Shown here: in pieces, positions 22,301 to 35,107 of the stretch | Layout: every line of letters begins with the position of its first letter | How positions within the stretch are numbered: the stretch's first letter is position 1 | Source of the DNA: Cyanophora paradoxa CCMP329 | Lineage: Eukaryota > Plantae > Glaucophyta | Reading direction: 5' to 3' | DNA: 64,000 nucleotides | Assembly: GCA_004431415.1 (NCBI GenBank) | Contig: QPMI01000295.1 | Coordinates: 5,239 to 69,238, forward strand | The notes under the pieces: generated by a model | Databases searched by the model: none | Seen by the model: only the letters and a program-made list of their open reading frames with translations | Told to the model about the DNA's origin: nothing | Translations under genes and position numbers: made by a program

Positions 22301-25300
22301 GGACGCATTGCGCGAAGACGTGGATGGCGATCGAGATGAGCGCGAGGGTCGTCCCCGCCCGCCGCGCCCACACCTGCAGCCCGCAAAGGATCGCGCCCGA
22401 TATTGGACCCAGCGACTCCGAGGAGCGAAGCGGACCCGGTAGGACTCGAAGCCGGTCTTCTTCATGGACTCGTCCTCGACGATCATCTTGGGGGCCGCCT
22501 TGGCCTTCTTGCCCTTGGCGGGGGCCGGGGCGAGCTTGGCGCGGGCGAGGGCGGCGGTCCCGTCGTCGTCGAAGTCGAACGAGGAGCGCGTCTGCGGGCG
22601 GCTCGGGATGAGCGCAGGGCGGGCGGCGGCGGGGAGAGTGCGAGGGGATGGGGACCTGGACGGGGAGGGGCAGCTGCTGGGGGGGCAGGTCGTCGGCGGC
22701 CCCCACCAGCAGGTCCGTCACGTGCGGCTTGATCAGCTCCTGCCCGCCCCGCCCCGCGCCCCCGCTCAGCCGCGCTCCAGCCGGCGCCGGGCGCCGCCTC
22801 GCCCCGCCCTCGCCGCGCGCACCCGGTTGTACGCGCCGTAGTAGACGAGGCGGCCGTGGGAGAAGACGCCGCACAGGTCCGACTGCGCCAGCAGGTGCAC
22901 CTTGTGCGTCGACATCTGCCGCGGCGCCGGCGCGCGTCGGGGGCAGGGGCGGCTCGGGGCGCGGGGTGCTGGTGCTGGGGCGCACGAGGATGGTCTTGCC
23001 GGCGAGGAGGCCGCGGATGCAGTACTGGAAGATGTGGTTCGCCGTGTGCTGGTCCACCGCGCTGCCCCGCCCGGGCCGCCTCAGGCCCCGCCCCACCCGA
23101 CCCCACATCGGTGTCGATGCGGCCGGACCTGAGGGGCGCGTCCAGGAAGAAGACGTCGGCGTCGGAGTAGACGGCGCGGGCGAGGCTGATGCGCTGCCGC
23201 TGGCCCCCGGAGAGGTTCGCCCCGCGCTCCCCCAGCTCCGTCAGGTCCCCGTTCGCCATCATCCTGCGCCGCGTCAGAGCGCGAGGGGCTCGGGGGCGGG
23301 GGCGGGGCGGGGGAGATGCGCACCGGAAGTCGGCCTCGAGGGCGCAGGCGTGGACGACGCGGGCGTACTTGACGGGGTCGAAGGGCCGCCCGAAGAGGAT
23401 GTTGTCGCGCACGCTCAGGTTCTGGATCCAGGCCCACTGGGGCACGTACGCCACGCGGCCGCCGAGCGCGCACTCGCCGCGGGTGACGGAGGCGAGGCCG
23501 AGGAGGGCGGCGAAGGCGGAGGTCTTGCCGGAGCCGACGACGCCGGTGACGGTGAGGAGCTTGCCGGCGGGGAGCTCGAAGGAGACGTCGTGGAGCACGG
23601 GGGGCGTCAGCTTCCCGTCCACCACGTACGCCACGTCGCAGTTCCGCTGCCCCGCCCCCGCCACTCAGCCCCGCCAGCCCGCCCGGCCGGCGGCGGGGCG
23701 GGCGGCGCACCATGAAGCACGTGGGGGCGGCGAGGCGGGAGGAGCCCTTGGTCTCGGGGCGGAGGAGGTACGCCTGCAGGCGCTGCACCGCCGAGAGGGA
23801 CTCTACACCCGGCGTGAGGCGCAGGCGGCTCGGGCTGGAGGCCCCGCGGCGGGGCCGGCGCCCGTGCGCACCGGTGAAGTTCTTGAGGGCCTTGGGGAGC
23901 ACGACGAGGGGGAAGCGGAGCGTGTTCTGCCCCCCGCCGCCCCTCAGCGCTGGAGGGGGCCGGGGGGTGCGGGGCGGGGGCGGACGAAGAGGCTGAGCGT
24001 GGTGAAGGCGATGCTGGCGTTGAGGATCATCGCGTCCGGCACGCCCACGTTCACCGGGTCCGTCAGCCTGCCCCCCGTCCTCATCAGCCCGGGGCGCGGC
24101 CGGGCCGGGGCCGGGGGCGGGGCCGGGGGCGGGGGCGGACATGGAGAACATGGTGATGGCCATGGCGGGGGGGATGATGAAGACGATCATCAGGGAGACG
24201 CTGCGGGGGGCCGGGTGAGGCGCAGGCCCGCGCCGAGGCCGGGGCGGGGGCCGGGGCGGGGCGCGCCTCTTGAGGATGGCGGCCTTCCAAGCGAGGTCCA
24301 TCTCCTGCGAGCGGTACTCCTGCACCTTCTTCTCGAACTGCTTCTCCCAGCAGCTGCGCACCCCCGCGCGCTCAGCCAGGGCCCCCTCGCGATGGCGACG
24401 GGGATCGGGGCGCCGGCGCACTAGAACTTGACGACTTTGATGGCCATGAGGATCTCGTTCATCATCTGCACGCTGCGCGCGCGTGAGGCCTCCTGGATGC
24501 GGCCCGACGGAGCGGGCGCGGCGGCGTGCGGGGCCGCCGGGGCGGCGCGCACCGCAGGTCCGTGAAGGCGACCGTCTTCTTGCGGAGGTAGGCCGTCTTC
24601 TTGCCTGCGCGCCCCGTGATCATGAGCCCCGCCCCCGCCCCCGCCCTCCCGATCCCGCTCGCGCTGGCCCGGGCCCCGCACCGATGAAGAATTGCGTGGG
24701 GACGACGACGAGGAGGATGCCGACACCCGGAAGCACCGAGATTTTCAGCTGGGTGGCAAGGAGGATGCAGATCGCTGCGCGCGCCGGCCCCGCGGCTCGC
24801 GGTCGGCCCTTGCACAATTGCAACAGAGCTGGGGCGGATTTGATCGCACCGACGGCCTCCACGGGGCCCGACCAGAGGTAGTGCAGCGTCGTGCAGGCCT
24901 GTTGCACGTCGCGAGCGCGCGGTCATTGCCGTGGTCAGGCTCGAATGACCTCGGGATCAGATTCGGGAGGGGCGGCGGGCGCGCCTCCTGGAGCTTCTGG
25001 CAGTCTACGGCGGCGAGGGAGACGACGTCGCCCGTCGAGACGGTCACGTCCTCCAGCTTCATCGACTTGCGGAACACCGCCGACAGCAGCGCCGCCCGCA
25101 CCTGCCCACCCCCACCCGCCGCCCGGTCACGCGCCGCCGCGCGGGGCGGGGCGGCTGTGCAGCGGGCCGGCCGGACCTTCACGCCCAGAGCAGCCGACCG
25201 TGCGGTCATCTGCTGCATGGCCATGGAGAGGAACCTTCGAGGGCTCAGCAGCGCTCACGAATTTGATCCTCAAATATTTGCAATTGGCACACCAGCAATC

Positions 25301-26416
25301 TAGGAAGAAGAATATAGCAAGGATCCACCCTTTGGATGCGCCGGGCATGCGACCCGCCTTCTTGTCATTGTTGTAGCCTGCGCGCACGCGAATCATTTCG
25401 CGATCGCAAGAACAAATCTAGCTGGGCTCGAGCTGCACAGACGCGTACGCGTACGCGTACGGAGCATTTGAATACGCGAAACGCACCCTCAGCCCACAGC
25501 AGAAGCTCGCGAACAAAGAAGAATGCGGCGAGAATAATAAGAATGCCCCAAATAGCTTTCCAAACCTGGGCGATCGACCGTACGCGTTAGCGCCCGGCGC
25601 GGTTTCTGAGGAGCGGCCACGGAGACATCGCGCATATACATGCGCCTGCGCACCCCCGCCTTGAAGAATTCGCGAGCGAATACGCGCTGCAGCGTGCCGC
25701 GGAGGTTTGGCTCTCGGCCCTCCTTCTCCGCGGCCGCCTTTTCCGCTGCCCACTCCGCCTCGAATCGCGAAGAGCAAACGCCGGACGTCATTCCCTTGGG
25801 GAGCGACAAATCGTCCTCCGTGAGCTGGCCAGTCCTCCCCTTTCGCACAAGCGGGTTCATCCTGCCGCGATCAAATTCGCATGAGCTCAAGACGCGCTCG
25901 ATAGCGCGCGCCCGGGCATGCATATGGTTCTAGATCATTCCAGATGGCTGCGGCCTATTACTGCACTTCGCGCATTGATCGAAGCGCGTTTTAGAATGCT
26001 CGCGAATATGCGACCGTGCCGTTGCAGGACCGGGTGCGAAATGACCCCGCGCGCGCAGGCATGCGCAGGTGAGGAAAGCGTGCGCACCACCAGAATGAGA
26101 CTCGCGAGAGCCATCCCGCGGACTCGTAGCTGGTTGATGGCTGCGTCTTCACATCGTCCGAGTCGGTCTCACCAGATTCAGCCACCGACGCCTTTTCCAG
26201 CGCCGCTTGTTGCGGTGTCGCCGAAGGAGTCGGAGTGTTTACTGGCAAGACTTTCAGCGGGTTCGCAGCGGCGGCAGCGGTGTTGGGCGCTGCATGATTC
26301 GTGGCGGACAGCACGACATCCGAAAGAGAGGCGGTTTCCGCCGCGGGGCGGAACTGCACGGCCGGCAGCTGCGTTGGTGATGGGCATGGAGCCGCACCGC
26401 CTGCGGCTGCCGACAT
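19310..26416 (-). CDS. ABC transporter subfamily C (MRP-like, short form without TMD0), many exons
   Basis: AGWLSRVSFW|WMNPL lasso motif, RVQMMNEILMAIKVVKFYCWE, NBD1 GVVGSGKTS / LSGGQRQRISLARA / FLDAPLSAVD, TMD2 TPLGRVLNCF, NBD2 GRTGSGKSTL / WSLGMRQ / ILVLDEATASVD / IAHRL. Confidence 0.93.
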
Positions 26417-26732
26417 GAAGGCCGTTCCTTCAAGGAAGGAAAGTTTCTCGCCGGATGCGGAAAACGGGGGCGGGCGACTACAGTGCTGCTGCTAAGTTTC
26501 ACGTGCACGCTGCCTCCGCTGCTGCTGCGCGCGCTCGGGCTCCTTCTCGCGGCGGCGACACGCGGCGCGTCGCTCCGTGGAGTTGTTGGGCACGACTGTG
26601 TTATCGCAAGAGGAGCGCGCGCGGAGTCTAATTAATCCTCTGTAAGCTTTTTTTTACTTTTCCCGTCTTACTAAAATGTCTTTCCCCCCCTCTTTCTCCT
26701 TATTAAAATCCTTTAAGTTAAAGTTCGGTACC

Positions 26733-26906
26733 CGCGCTTTAGCGCAGTGGTATAAGGTCGTGCTACGACCTCCCGGATTCCCGGGTTCGGTTCCTGCTGT
26801 TTCCGCTACGTTGTACTTCGAATCCCTGTGATTCCCGATACCGTGACTTGTATCCTCGTTGTGTACTACGAGTGGGCACGCCCACCGTAGATCTTTAAAA
26901 AAAAAA
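26733..26906 (+). mobile_element. tRNA-derived SINE with poly(A) tail and 13-bp TSD
   Basis: A-box tagcgcagtgg, B-box gggttcggttcc, 3' A run; TSD aaagttcggtacc at 26720-26732 and 26907-26919. Confidence 0.8.
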
Positions 26907-27085
26907 AAAGTTCGGTACCAGTTACATAATTTATATAATTAACGGTTTTCTCCTCTTCGTATGACCCAGCTAGTCGCGATCGCGAACGAAGTGCGTCTCT
27001 ACCCAGCGCATCGACTTGAACCAACCGCGGCCAGACGCACCCAGCTAGCGACACGTCCGGGGGCGGATCAGAACATTAGGGCGCG

Positions 27086-30053
27086 ATGGGCAGCGCCAGT
27101 GCCGGCTCCGGCGCACGCCGGCTGCCGTACGTCGCCGGTCTCGTGGCGGACACGATCAGCGGCTTCTTCTTCTGGACCTGGCTCAACCGCTGCGGCGACA
27201 CGATCTTCTTCTTTCCCTTAGTCAAGGTCCGAACGCTCCCTCCCGCCGCCGTAGCCGCCGGCGGTTAGCCGCAGCGACGCCCGGCGCGCTCGGGCGCGCT
27301 CCGACGCGTGGTGCCGCGGCATTGCGAGCGGCGCTGACGCCGGCGGACGCCGGGCGCGGGGTCGCGCAGCTGGCGGTGTCGGGCTACGAGGTCTTCACGC
27401 TCGTCGTGCCGGCGGCGTGCGCGTTCGGCGTCGGCTGGACGCGCCGCGCCGTCTACCGCCGCTTCGCATTCATCCCCCTCGCCGTGCGCCCCCCCGGGCC
27501 CGCCGCCAGCCGCGTCGGCGCCGGCGCCGACGCCGCGGGGGCCGGCAGGACCTGACGGGGCTGGCGGCCTTCTTCTACCCCCACGAGAACGCGACGTACG
27601 CCCAGCTCCTCATCGTCGCTAACATAAACTCCCTCTTCTACCGGTGCCCCCGCGCCCTCTGGCCCCGGCCGCCCTTCCGCCCGCGCCCGCGCCGGCGCCG
27701 GCGCCGAGGCTCGGGGCGGCAGGCTGCTGGGGGTGGCGGCGGCGGTGTGGACGCCGGAGCGGGGGCGGCGGGAGCGGGCGGTGCTGGGGCTGCTGGCGGG
27801 CCTCGCGGCGCACCAGAGCCTCCGCCTCGCCTGGGCCTCGTTCCTCCCCATGTGGGTCCGCCCGGGGCACAACCTCGCCGCCTGCGGCCTCTCCCTCCTC
27901 TGCGCCCTCCTCTACTCCCGCGAGGACCTCGCCCCGCCCGACTTCGCCCCCGAGAAGGAGAAGGCCGCCTTCCGCGCCCGCCCCTGGCTCGCCACCGCCC
28001 TCGGGTTCGGCTCCGCCCAGGCCCTCCTCCTCTGGCTCGTCTCCGAGCGCGGCGTCATCCCCCGGTGCCGTGCCCTGCACCCCCTCCCCGAGCGCCCTGC
28101 TCCCTCTCACCGCCCCCCGCCAGCTACGTGGGGGCCGACCCCCTCTGGGGCGGCCTCGGCGTCATCGCCGCCTCGGCCCTCGGGGGCGCCTTCGGGCGGC
28201 ACCCCCTCTCCGCCTCCCGCGCATGGACCTGGGTACCCCCCTCCCTCTCGCGCGTGCACCCGCCTTCCGACGGGCCCCGGGCTATCAGGCGGGGCTCCTG
28301 GGAGCGCTGGCGATGCACTATTTCCGCCCCACGGGCCACCCGGGAGAGGCGTACCCCCTCCCCGAGCTCAGGCGCGCCCTGTTCTCCCCCACCCATCTCC
28401 CCCTCTCGCCCTCGCCCCGAGCGAGGCGGCACGGCCGGCAGCGCGGGCGGGGGCCTGCTGCTGGCGGCGTGGCTCGCCTCGCTGCTTCCGCGCTACGCCG
28501 ACGCTCTCGCCGCCACCAACACCCCGGGCCGCGTCCTCGCCGTGCCCCACCCGCCCCCGCGCCCTCCTCCGCCCGCCCCCCTCACCCCGCCCCGCAGGTC
28601 TCCGGCATGCTCTCCACGCTGACGCTCGTGGGGAGCTGCTGGTGCGCGGGGCCGGCGGGGCCCGCGGGGCCGGGGGGCCTGAGGGCGGGGCCCAGGTGCG
28701 TGAACTACAAGTTCGTGCCCGGGGGCGCCTACACGCGGGAGAGGGGCCACTGGCTCATCCTCGCCATGGCCGCCCTCGCCGCCCTCGGCTACCGCAACTG
28801 GGTCCGCCTCCCCTCCTCCCTTCCCCGCCCCCCGAGGGAGCGGCCCCGCAGGTCGGCAAGGCGGCGCACCGCTCGCAGGGGGCCGGCAGCGCGGGGCGCG
28901 CCCTCGCCGTCGCCGCCGCCTCCCTCCTCCTCCTCGCCGCCCCCGCCGCCTACTCCCGCCTCCAGGCCCGCCCCGCCCCGCCCCGCCCCGCCTTGCCCCT
29001 CCGCCCGCCCCCTGGCGCCCAACGGCGCGGGCAGTTCGAGGCGAGCGTAGAGCCGCCCCAGTTCCGCACGGAGGACTTCGGGAACGCCACAAACGGTGCG
29101 GCCGGCGCCCTCTCCGAGCCCCGCCGGCCCCTCCCGCGCTCCAGCCGCCGGCGGCAGAAGTCGCGACCTTCCTCGTCTGGACGATCCACTTCGGCTACGA
29201 CAACTTCGGAGGCTTCAACGTGCGCGCCCGCGCCCCCGGCGAGGCGAGGCGAACGCCCCCGCGCGGACTCGAGCCGGCGGGCGCGCAGCTGGACGAGGTG
29301 GCGGCGGCGATCCGGGGCGAGGGGCGCAGGCGCGGGCCCCGCGAGCTGCGCGCCGCATCGGGCCGGGGCGGCCCCCGACGGGGCGCGGCGGCGCAGGTGG
29401 TGGGCATCATCGAGAGCGACGGAATGCGGCCCTACTCGGGCAACCGCGACGTCATCGAGTACCTCGCCATGGTCCTCGGTGCGCCCCGGAGCCGCGGGGC
29501 GGGGCGGGGCCGGGGGCGTGAGGGCGGGGGCGTGAGGGCGGGGCGCGGGGGGGCAGGGATGAAGGCGCACTTCGGGCTCTCGTCGGGGGACCACTCCCTC
29601 GGCTGCGGCATCATGTCCTCCCTGCCCCTCCTGCGCGCCGCCCCGCACGCCCTCCCCTCCCCCCAGGGCGAGGTCGTGCGTGCTCCCCCGCCCCCTCCCC
29701 CGCCACGCCCCGCGCCGCCGCGCGCCGCCCCAGAGCGCCCGCGCAGGCGCCCCTCGTGCACGCCACCTTCGCCGTCCGCCCCGCCCCTCGTCGCCCTTGT
29801 CGTCGCGTCTCAGGGGCGCCGCAGTTCGCGGGGAGGGAGCTCGACGTCTTCGTCACGCACTTCGGCAACACCGGTGCGGCGCTCCCGGCCGTGCACCCCC
29901 GGCCGCCCCCCCGCCGACGCGAGCGCGCGCCGCGCCTCAGAGGACACGCTCGACCTCAAGCTCCAGTCCGAGTGGTCCGCCTCGCCCCCCGGCCCTCGTC
30001 GGCGCTGCGCCCCTCACCCCCCCCCCCCGCCCCCCCCCCCCCCCACCCACCCC

Positions 30054-30088
<35 letters not shown>

Positions 30089-30573
30089 CCCCAGGTTCGC
30101 GGAGCACGCGGCGCCCCTGAAGACCTTCGTGGGCCTGGTGCGGCCCCCGGCCCCCCTGGCGGGCCCCGCCGGCGAGCGGGGCGCAGGGGTACTTCACGAC
30201 GTGGCCGTACATGAACCACTACCTGACGCTGCACCGCTCGGGCCTCCACGACGCCCAGCAGGAGGTCGACTACGACCGGCGCGCCCCCGCCCCGCCCGCC
30301 CCGCCCCGCCCCGCCCCGCCCCGCCCCGCCCCGCCCCGCCGCCTCACGCGGCGGCGCGCGTGCAGGTACTGCCAGTACATCTGGCTGAAGGGGGGCGACC
30401 CCCTGGAGTACCGCCGCGTCCCCGCCGGCCGCCTCTCGGACACCGAGTACCAGGCGAGCGGCCGCACGCGGCGCCGTCGCCCCGCTGACGAGCGGGGGGC
30501 GCAGGTGGCGACGGTCGACTTCATGGCGCCCGAGCCCGAGCACGCCCTCGCCGTCGCCCCCCGCTCCGCCTAG
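27086..30573 (+). CDS. CWH43: CWH43/PGAP2-interacting protein (GPI-anchor lipid remodelling; multi-TM plus endonuclease/exonuclease/phosphatase-fold domain)
   Basis: Spliced motifs IFFFPL..LAVSGYE, YKFVPGGAYTRER, WTIHFGYDN, VVGIIESD..RPYSGNRD, HSLGC, LPSPQGE, VTHFGN, DRYCQYI, LSDTEYQ. No N-terminal Frag1/PGAP2 domain seen. Confidence 0.87.
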
Positions 30574-31206
30574 CCGCCCCGCCCCCGCCCGGGGGGCCCT
30601 GCCGCACTGCAATTGAAAGGCCATGGCCAGCGCTCCGAGCGCGCCTCGAGCTCAGCCTCAGTCAGGGTGAGCGTCGAGAGAGGGCGGAGCGGAAAGGGGC
30701 AGAAGACTAGAAGTCACACTGAGTGGCGCCGGCTGCCAAGCGAGGCAGGCTGCGTGCACTGCCACGTGCACGCGGGCAGCTGCACGCCACGTGAACTCAG
30801 TAAGCCAGTAAGCTTAAACTGATCATGAACTGCCAGGCTGGTTGCTATTCAATGATTTCAAGTTTCGAAATATCTGCCACAGTGCAGCTGCCGTGGCCGT
30901 CGGACACTGTCACCGTGACAGTCTGAACCTTAAATCCGAACTCGGAAGTTCGTGATCTAAACGTCACTCTCGAGTCCATTAAGCAAGACATCGATGCGGG
31001 AAGGTGAGCGCGCAGGCACTTCGGCAGGCAACTTGGAACTGCCGCCGCTGAGCTGCAGGCTGATCATGAGAAGCCGGGTGGTTCAGATCACCAGAGCCCA
31101 AAAATCGCCGGGCGGTTTGAATGTTTGGGATCTTCATGCACAGTTGCATCGTGGCATTTATGATTTATGGACTGCCGGCCCCACATCTGGTCATCTGGCA
31201 TGGTGC

Positions 31207-34200
31207 TCACAGCGGGCCCCCCTGCAGCCCGCCGGCGCCCGCGATCGGCCGGCCCGTGATCTGAGCCACTGTGCAGCGCGAGCGGGTCGGCGTCAGCGCC
31301 GAAAGGGCCTCCACGGGGCGCGCTGGGGGACGGCAAGCGGGCCGGCGCGCGCACCGCGGCTCAGAATCCCCTCCACACGCTGCGCGAAGGGCGGGCGGCC
31401 CTCTGCTACCGGCCCCGGCGCAGCCCCCGGCGCCGCTCCCGCCGGCGGAGGGGGCGGCAGGCCGACGACCCAGCGGGCAGCGGGGGCCGGGCCGGGGCCG
31501 GGGCCGGGGCCGGAGCGTGCTGGGGCCGCGGGAGCGCTCGGAGAGGACCGCGAGCTCGCTCGCCTCCGTCGTCTCCTCGTCGTCGTCGCTCGAGGGGTAC
31601 TCCGCCCGCTCCCGCCCCCGCTCCCGCCCCGCCCCCGGCTCGGGGCCTGCGCGCCCGTCAGGGAGGCGAGGGGAAGGGAGGGGGGGAGGGGGCGGGCCCT
31701 CGAGGGTGCGGGAGGAGTGGGAGGGAGAGGCGCGCGGGGCGGCCCCGCGCCTTCCCCCGGCCCCTCCCCGGCCACGCTGCTCGCCCCGCTCGGCTGCGCC
31801 GCCGTCACGCGCCCCGCCCCGCCCACGAGAAGGGCGAGCGGGGAGCCCCGGCACCGCCTCGCTGTCGAGGAGCCAGGCCCAGGGTTCGCGCCCCGGCGGG
31901 CGCGCGTGGCGATCGGGCACCGCTGCCCCGTGCGCGTGAGAAGGCGCGGCGCGGCGCAGCGCGGGGCGGTGGGGGCGAACGGGCGCAGAGAAGACGGGAC
32001 CGGAGGGGAGGGAGTGCGGGGCGGGGCTGACGGGGCCCGAGGAGGAGAAGCTGCGGGAGGCGGGCGTGAGGGGGTCGGGGCGGAGGAGGGAGGGGGCGGG
32101 CCTCGGGGCCGGGGCGGCCCGGGTCGTCGGCGAGGGAGGAGGCGGAGGAGGCGGTGGCGGTGGGGGAGACCTCCGCCTGCGCGCCCCTCGCTCCGCGAGC
32201 GGAGCAAGCTGCCGTCGCGCCAGAGCGGCGCACCCGCGGCGAGGCCGCCCGCACGCGGCTGAGGGCGTTCTGGAAGGCGCTCGCGAGCCCGTGCCGCACC
32301 CCCTGCCGGCCCCGGTCGGGCGGGGCGGGAGGTGAGGGGCGGGGCGCAGGGCTCGGGGCGGGGGTACCGGGGCGAGGTTGGAGAGGTCGGGACGGCCTCG
32401 CGGGGGGTGCGGCGCGCCTCGGAGCTCAGCGAGCGGCGCCCCGGCGGGGGCGACGGCGGCTCCCGCCCGGGCCCCGGGCGGGGGCCGCGCCGGCCCCTCC
32501 GCCTCCTCCTCGTCCCGCCAGGGACCCGAGAGGGCATCGAGGGGCCCGCGCGCCTGCCACGGGGGCCTCAGCGGGGGCCGAGCGCGGGCGGGCGCCTCCC
32601 CTCCGAAGCAGCGCACCGGCTCCTCGCGCCAGGCGGGGCCCTCCACCTCCTCCGCCGGGGCCCGCCGCCGCCCGAACCCGAAGAAGCGCCGCCGCCGGCC
32701 CTGCGCCGCGTCGGACGGCGGGGCGGGCGGGGCGGGGCGGGGCGCGCCTTCTTGCCGGTGGTGGCGGCCGCCGGGGGCGCGCCGCGGGGAATCGAGGGGG
32801 CGGCGAGAGCGAGGAGGTGCCCTGCGCGCGGGGGCCCTCCTGCGGGGCCACCGGCATGCCGGCCGCCCACGCGAGGGGCCCCGGGGCCGCCGGCAGCGCC
32901 CCGCCCCCGGTCCCCGAGCGCCGGGTGAGGAATGCGGCGGGGGCCCCTCCGGCCGGGGCGGCGCTGCGGCGGGGCGGGGCTCAGGGCGGGGCGCGGGCGC
33001 GGGCTCGGGGCGGGGCGGGGCGGGACCTGGCGCGGCTGGCACTGGAGCCGGCGCTGGCGCTCCGGGCCCCCTCCCCGCCCTCCGCCCCCGGCGAGCCCGA
33101 GGCGCCCGCCCCCGGCCCCGGCCCCGCCCCGGGCCCCGGCCCCGCCTCCGCTTCGCCTCCTCCGCCTGCTTCTCCTGCCGCTGCGTCAGAGGCGGGCGGG
33201 GCAAGGTGGCGGGCAGCGTGGGGCGGGCCTGGAGGGCGCGCTGCTGCTTCTGGTGCTCGACGAGGGCCTGGTACTGCTGCCCGTACGAGACGTGCTGCGC
33301 CCCGCGCCGTCAGAGGCCGGCCTGCGGCGCCCGTGGCGCCCGCCCCGGCGACCTTGGCGCCGAGCTCGGCGTCCTTGCGGCCGCGGAACCTGCGCGGGCG
33401 GGGCGGGGCGTGAGGGGCCGGCGTGGGGGCGGGGCGGGGCGGGGCGGGCGCGCTTGAGCCTCGTGTAGACCTCGTCGAGCGCCGACGCCGACGCCGGCTT
33501 CCCGGCGCCCCCGCCCCCCGCCTCGGGCGCCGCCTCCTGGGGAGGGGGCACGGGGCCCGGGGCCGGCGGGGGCACCGGGGGCGGCACAGGGGCGCGCGCG
33601 TGCGCGTGCGCGGCCTCCTCGGGGTGCTCCCAGGGGGCCGCCTCGTCCCCGCTGAAGACGTGCCCCGCCGCGTGCCCCTCGTGCCCCTCGTAGCCCCCGT
33701 CGCCGGGCGGCGGCTTGGGCTCCGACCAGGGCAGCCGCGTGTCGCCGCCCTGCCCCCGCGGCGGGCTCCCGTACTCCCCGGGCACCAGCTGCCCCTCAGG
33801 GGGCACACCCGGGTCTGCCGCCCGGCGAGCCTCAGCGCCGAGGCGCGCGAAAGGAGCAAGGGGGATCGGGAAAGCGGACTTGGGGCGAAGATGATGTCAC
33901 GGAGGGCGCTCACGTGAGCGTCCTGCGGCGCGGGCGTCGGGCCCTGGAGCCGCGGCGCCTCCGTTCCGGGGTACTGCATCGTCGGCGCCGGGTGGGGGTA
34001 TAGGCCCAGGAGCTCCGCGGCCCGGCGGCGTTCCTCGTCGGCGTCTGGGTAAACGTCGTGAACGGGGTACCCCGCCTCGTCCACGGGAGGGTACGGGTCG
34101 TAGGGGTAGGTGGGCCACTGGGGTTGGGGGGGCGATGTCTGGTGGGGCTGGCCCCGGGCTGCCAGTGGGGCGCGGGAGAGGGCGTGGGGGCCGGGGGCTG

Positions 34201-35075
34201 GCGGCGGGCGGGGCGCGAGGCCCGAAGAGGGCGGCGGAGGCGCGCGGGCCCTCCCGTCCTCGCTGCCCGCCCCCGCTCCCGCCTCGCCCTCCGCCCCGCC
34301 CCGCCCTCCGCGTCCAGGTCCAGCCTCCGCCGCGCCGTCGGGCGGGCCCCCTCCGCCCCGCCCCCGCCTCCGCTGCCGCCCCGCCTCCTCGGGGCCACGC
34401 CACATGTCCAGCCAGCCGGGCGCGTCGCTCGGGGTCTGCCCCACCGCCTCCCCCGCCCCGCCCCCGCCCCGCCCCGCCCCCGCCTCCTCCTCGGCCCCGC
34501 CGCGTGCGGCACGTGCGCCTCCGCCTCCGCCCCGCCTCCGCCTCCGCCGGGGCCGCCGCTTCGGCGGGGCGCTCGTGCTCGGGCGAGGCCTCCGGGGCGC
34601 GGGGCGGCCCGCGGGGCGCCCTCCGCCTGGACGGGGCGCGCGGGCTGCTGAAGGCCGAGGCGTGCGGGTGGGCGGCGGCGTGGGGCGCCCCGGCGAGCAC
34701 CCCGCCGCTCATCGCCTCCAGCCGCTGCACCCGCCCCTTCACCTGCCCGCCCCGCCCCTCACCCCGCGCCCTCTCGGCGGAGCGGGGCACCGCACCGTCC
34801 CCAGCGGCCGCCCGTCGATTCGCTCCTCGGGCGCAGCCGGCGACGCGCGCGTCGCGGGGGCCACCGCCGCCGCCGTGGCCGCCAGCGTCTCCGCAGCGAC
34901 CGCCTCCGCCCTGAGCGGCCTCAGCGAAGGGCTCCGAGGGCGCGCGAGGGACGCACTGCGGGGCGGCGAGCTCGGCTGCCGCCGGCGCCGGCCCCTGCGC
35001 GGCCGGCGCCAGCGGCGGCGCCGGCGCCGGAGCCGGCGTAGCGATCTGAGACGCGGCTGCAGTGGAGGCGGCGGA

Positions 35076-35107
<32 letters not shown>

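Noticed and set aside
4790-26416. P450 plus ABCC as a detoxification or biosynthetic cluster
   Set aside because: Only adjacency of two large gene families; no supporting pathway genes.
26733-26815. Functional tRNA gene
   Set aside because: No proper anticodon arm or acceptor stem; tail and TSD indicate a SINE.
28233-28240. GTACCCCC donors (also near 39032 and 52716) as U12-type introns
   Set aside because: They fit the general C-rich GY donor pattern; no GTATCCTT or TCCTTAAC consensus.
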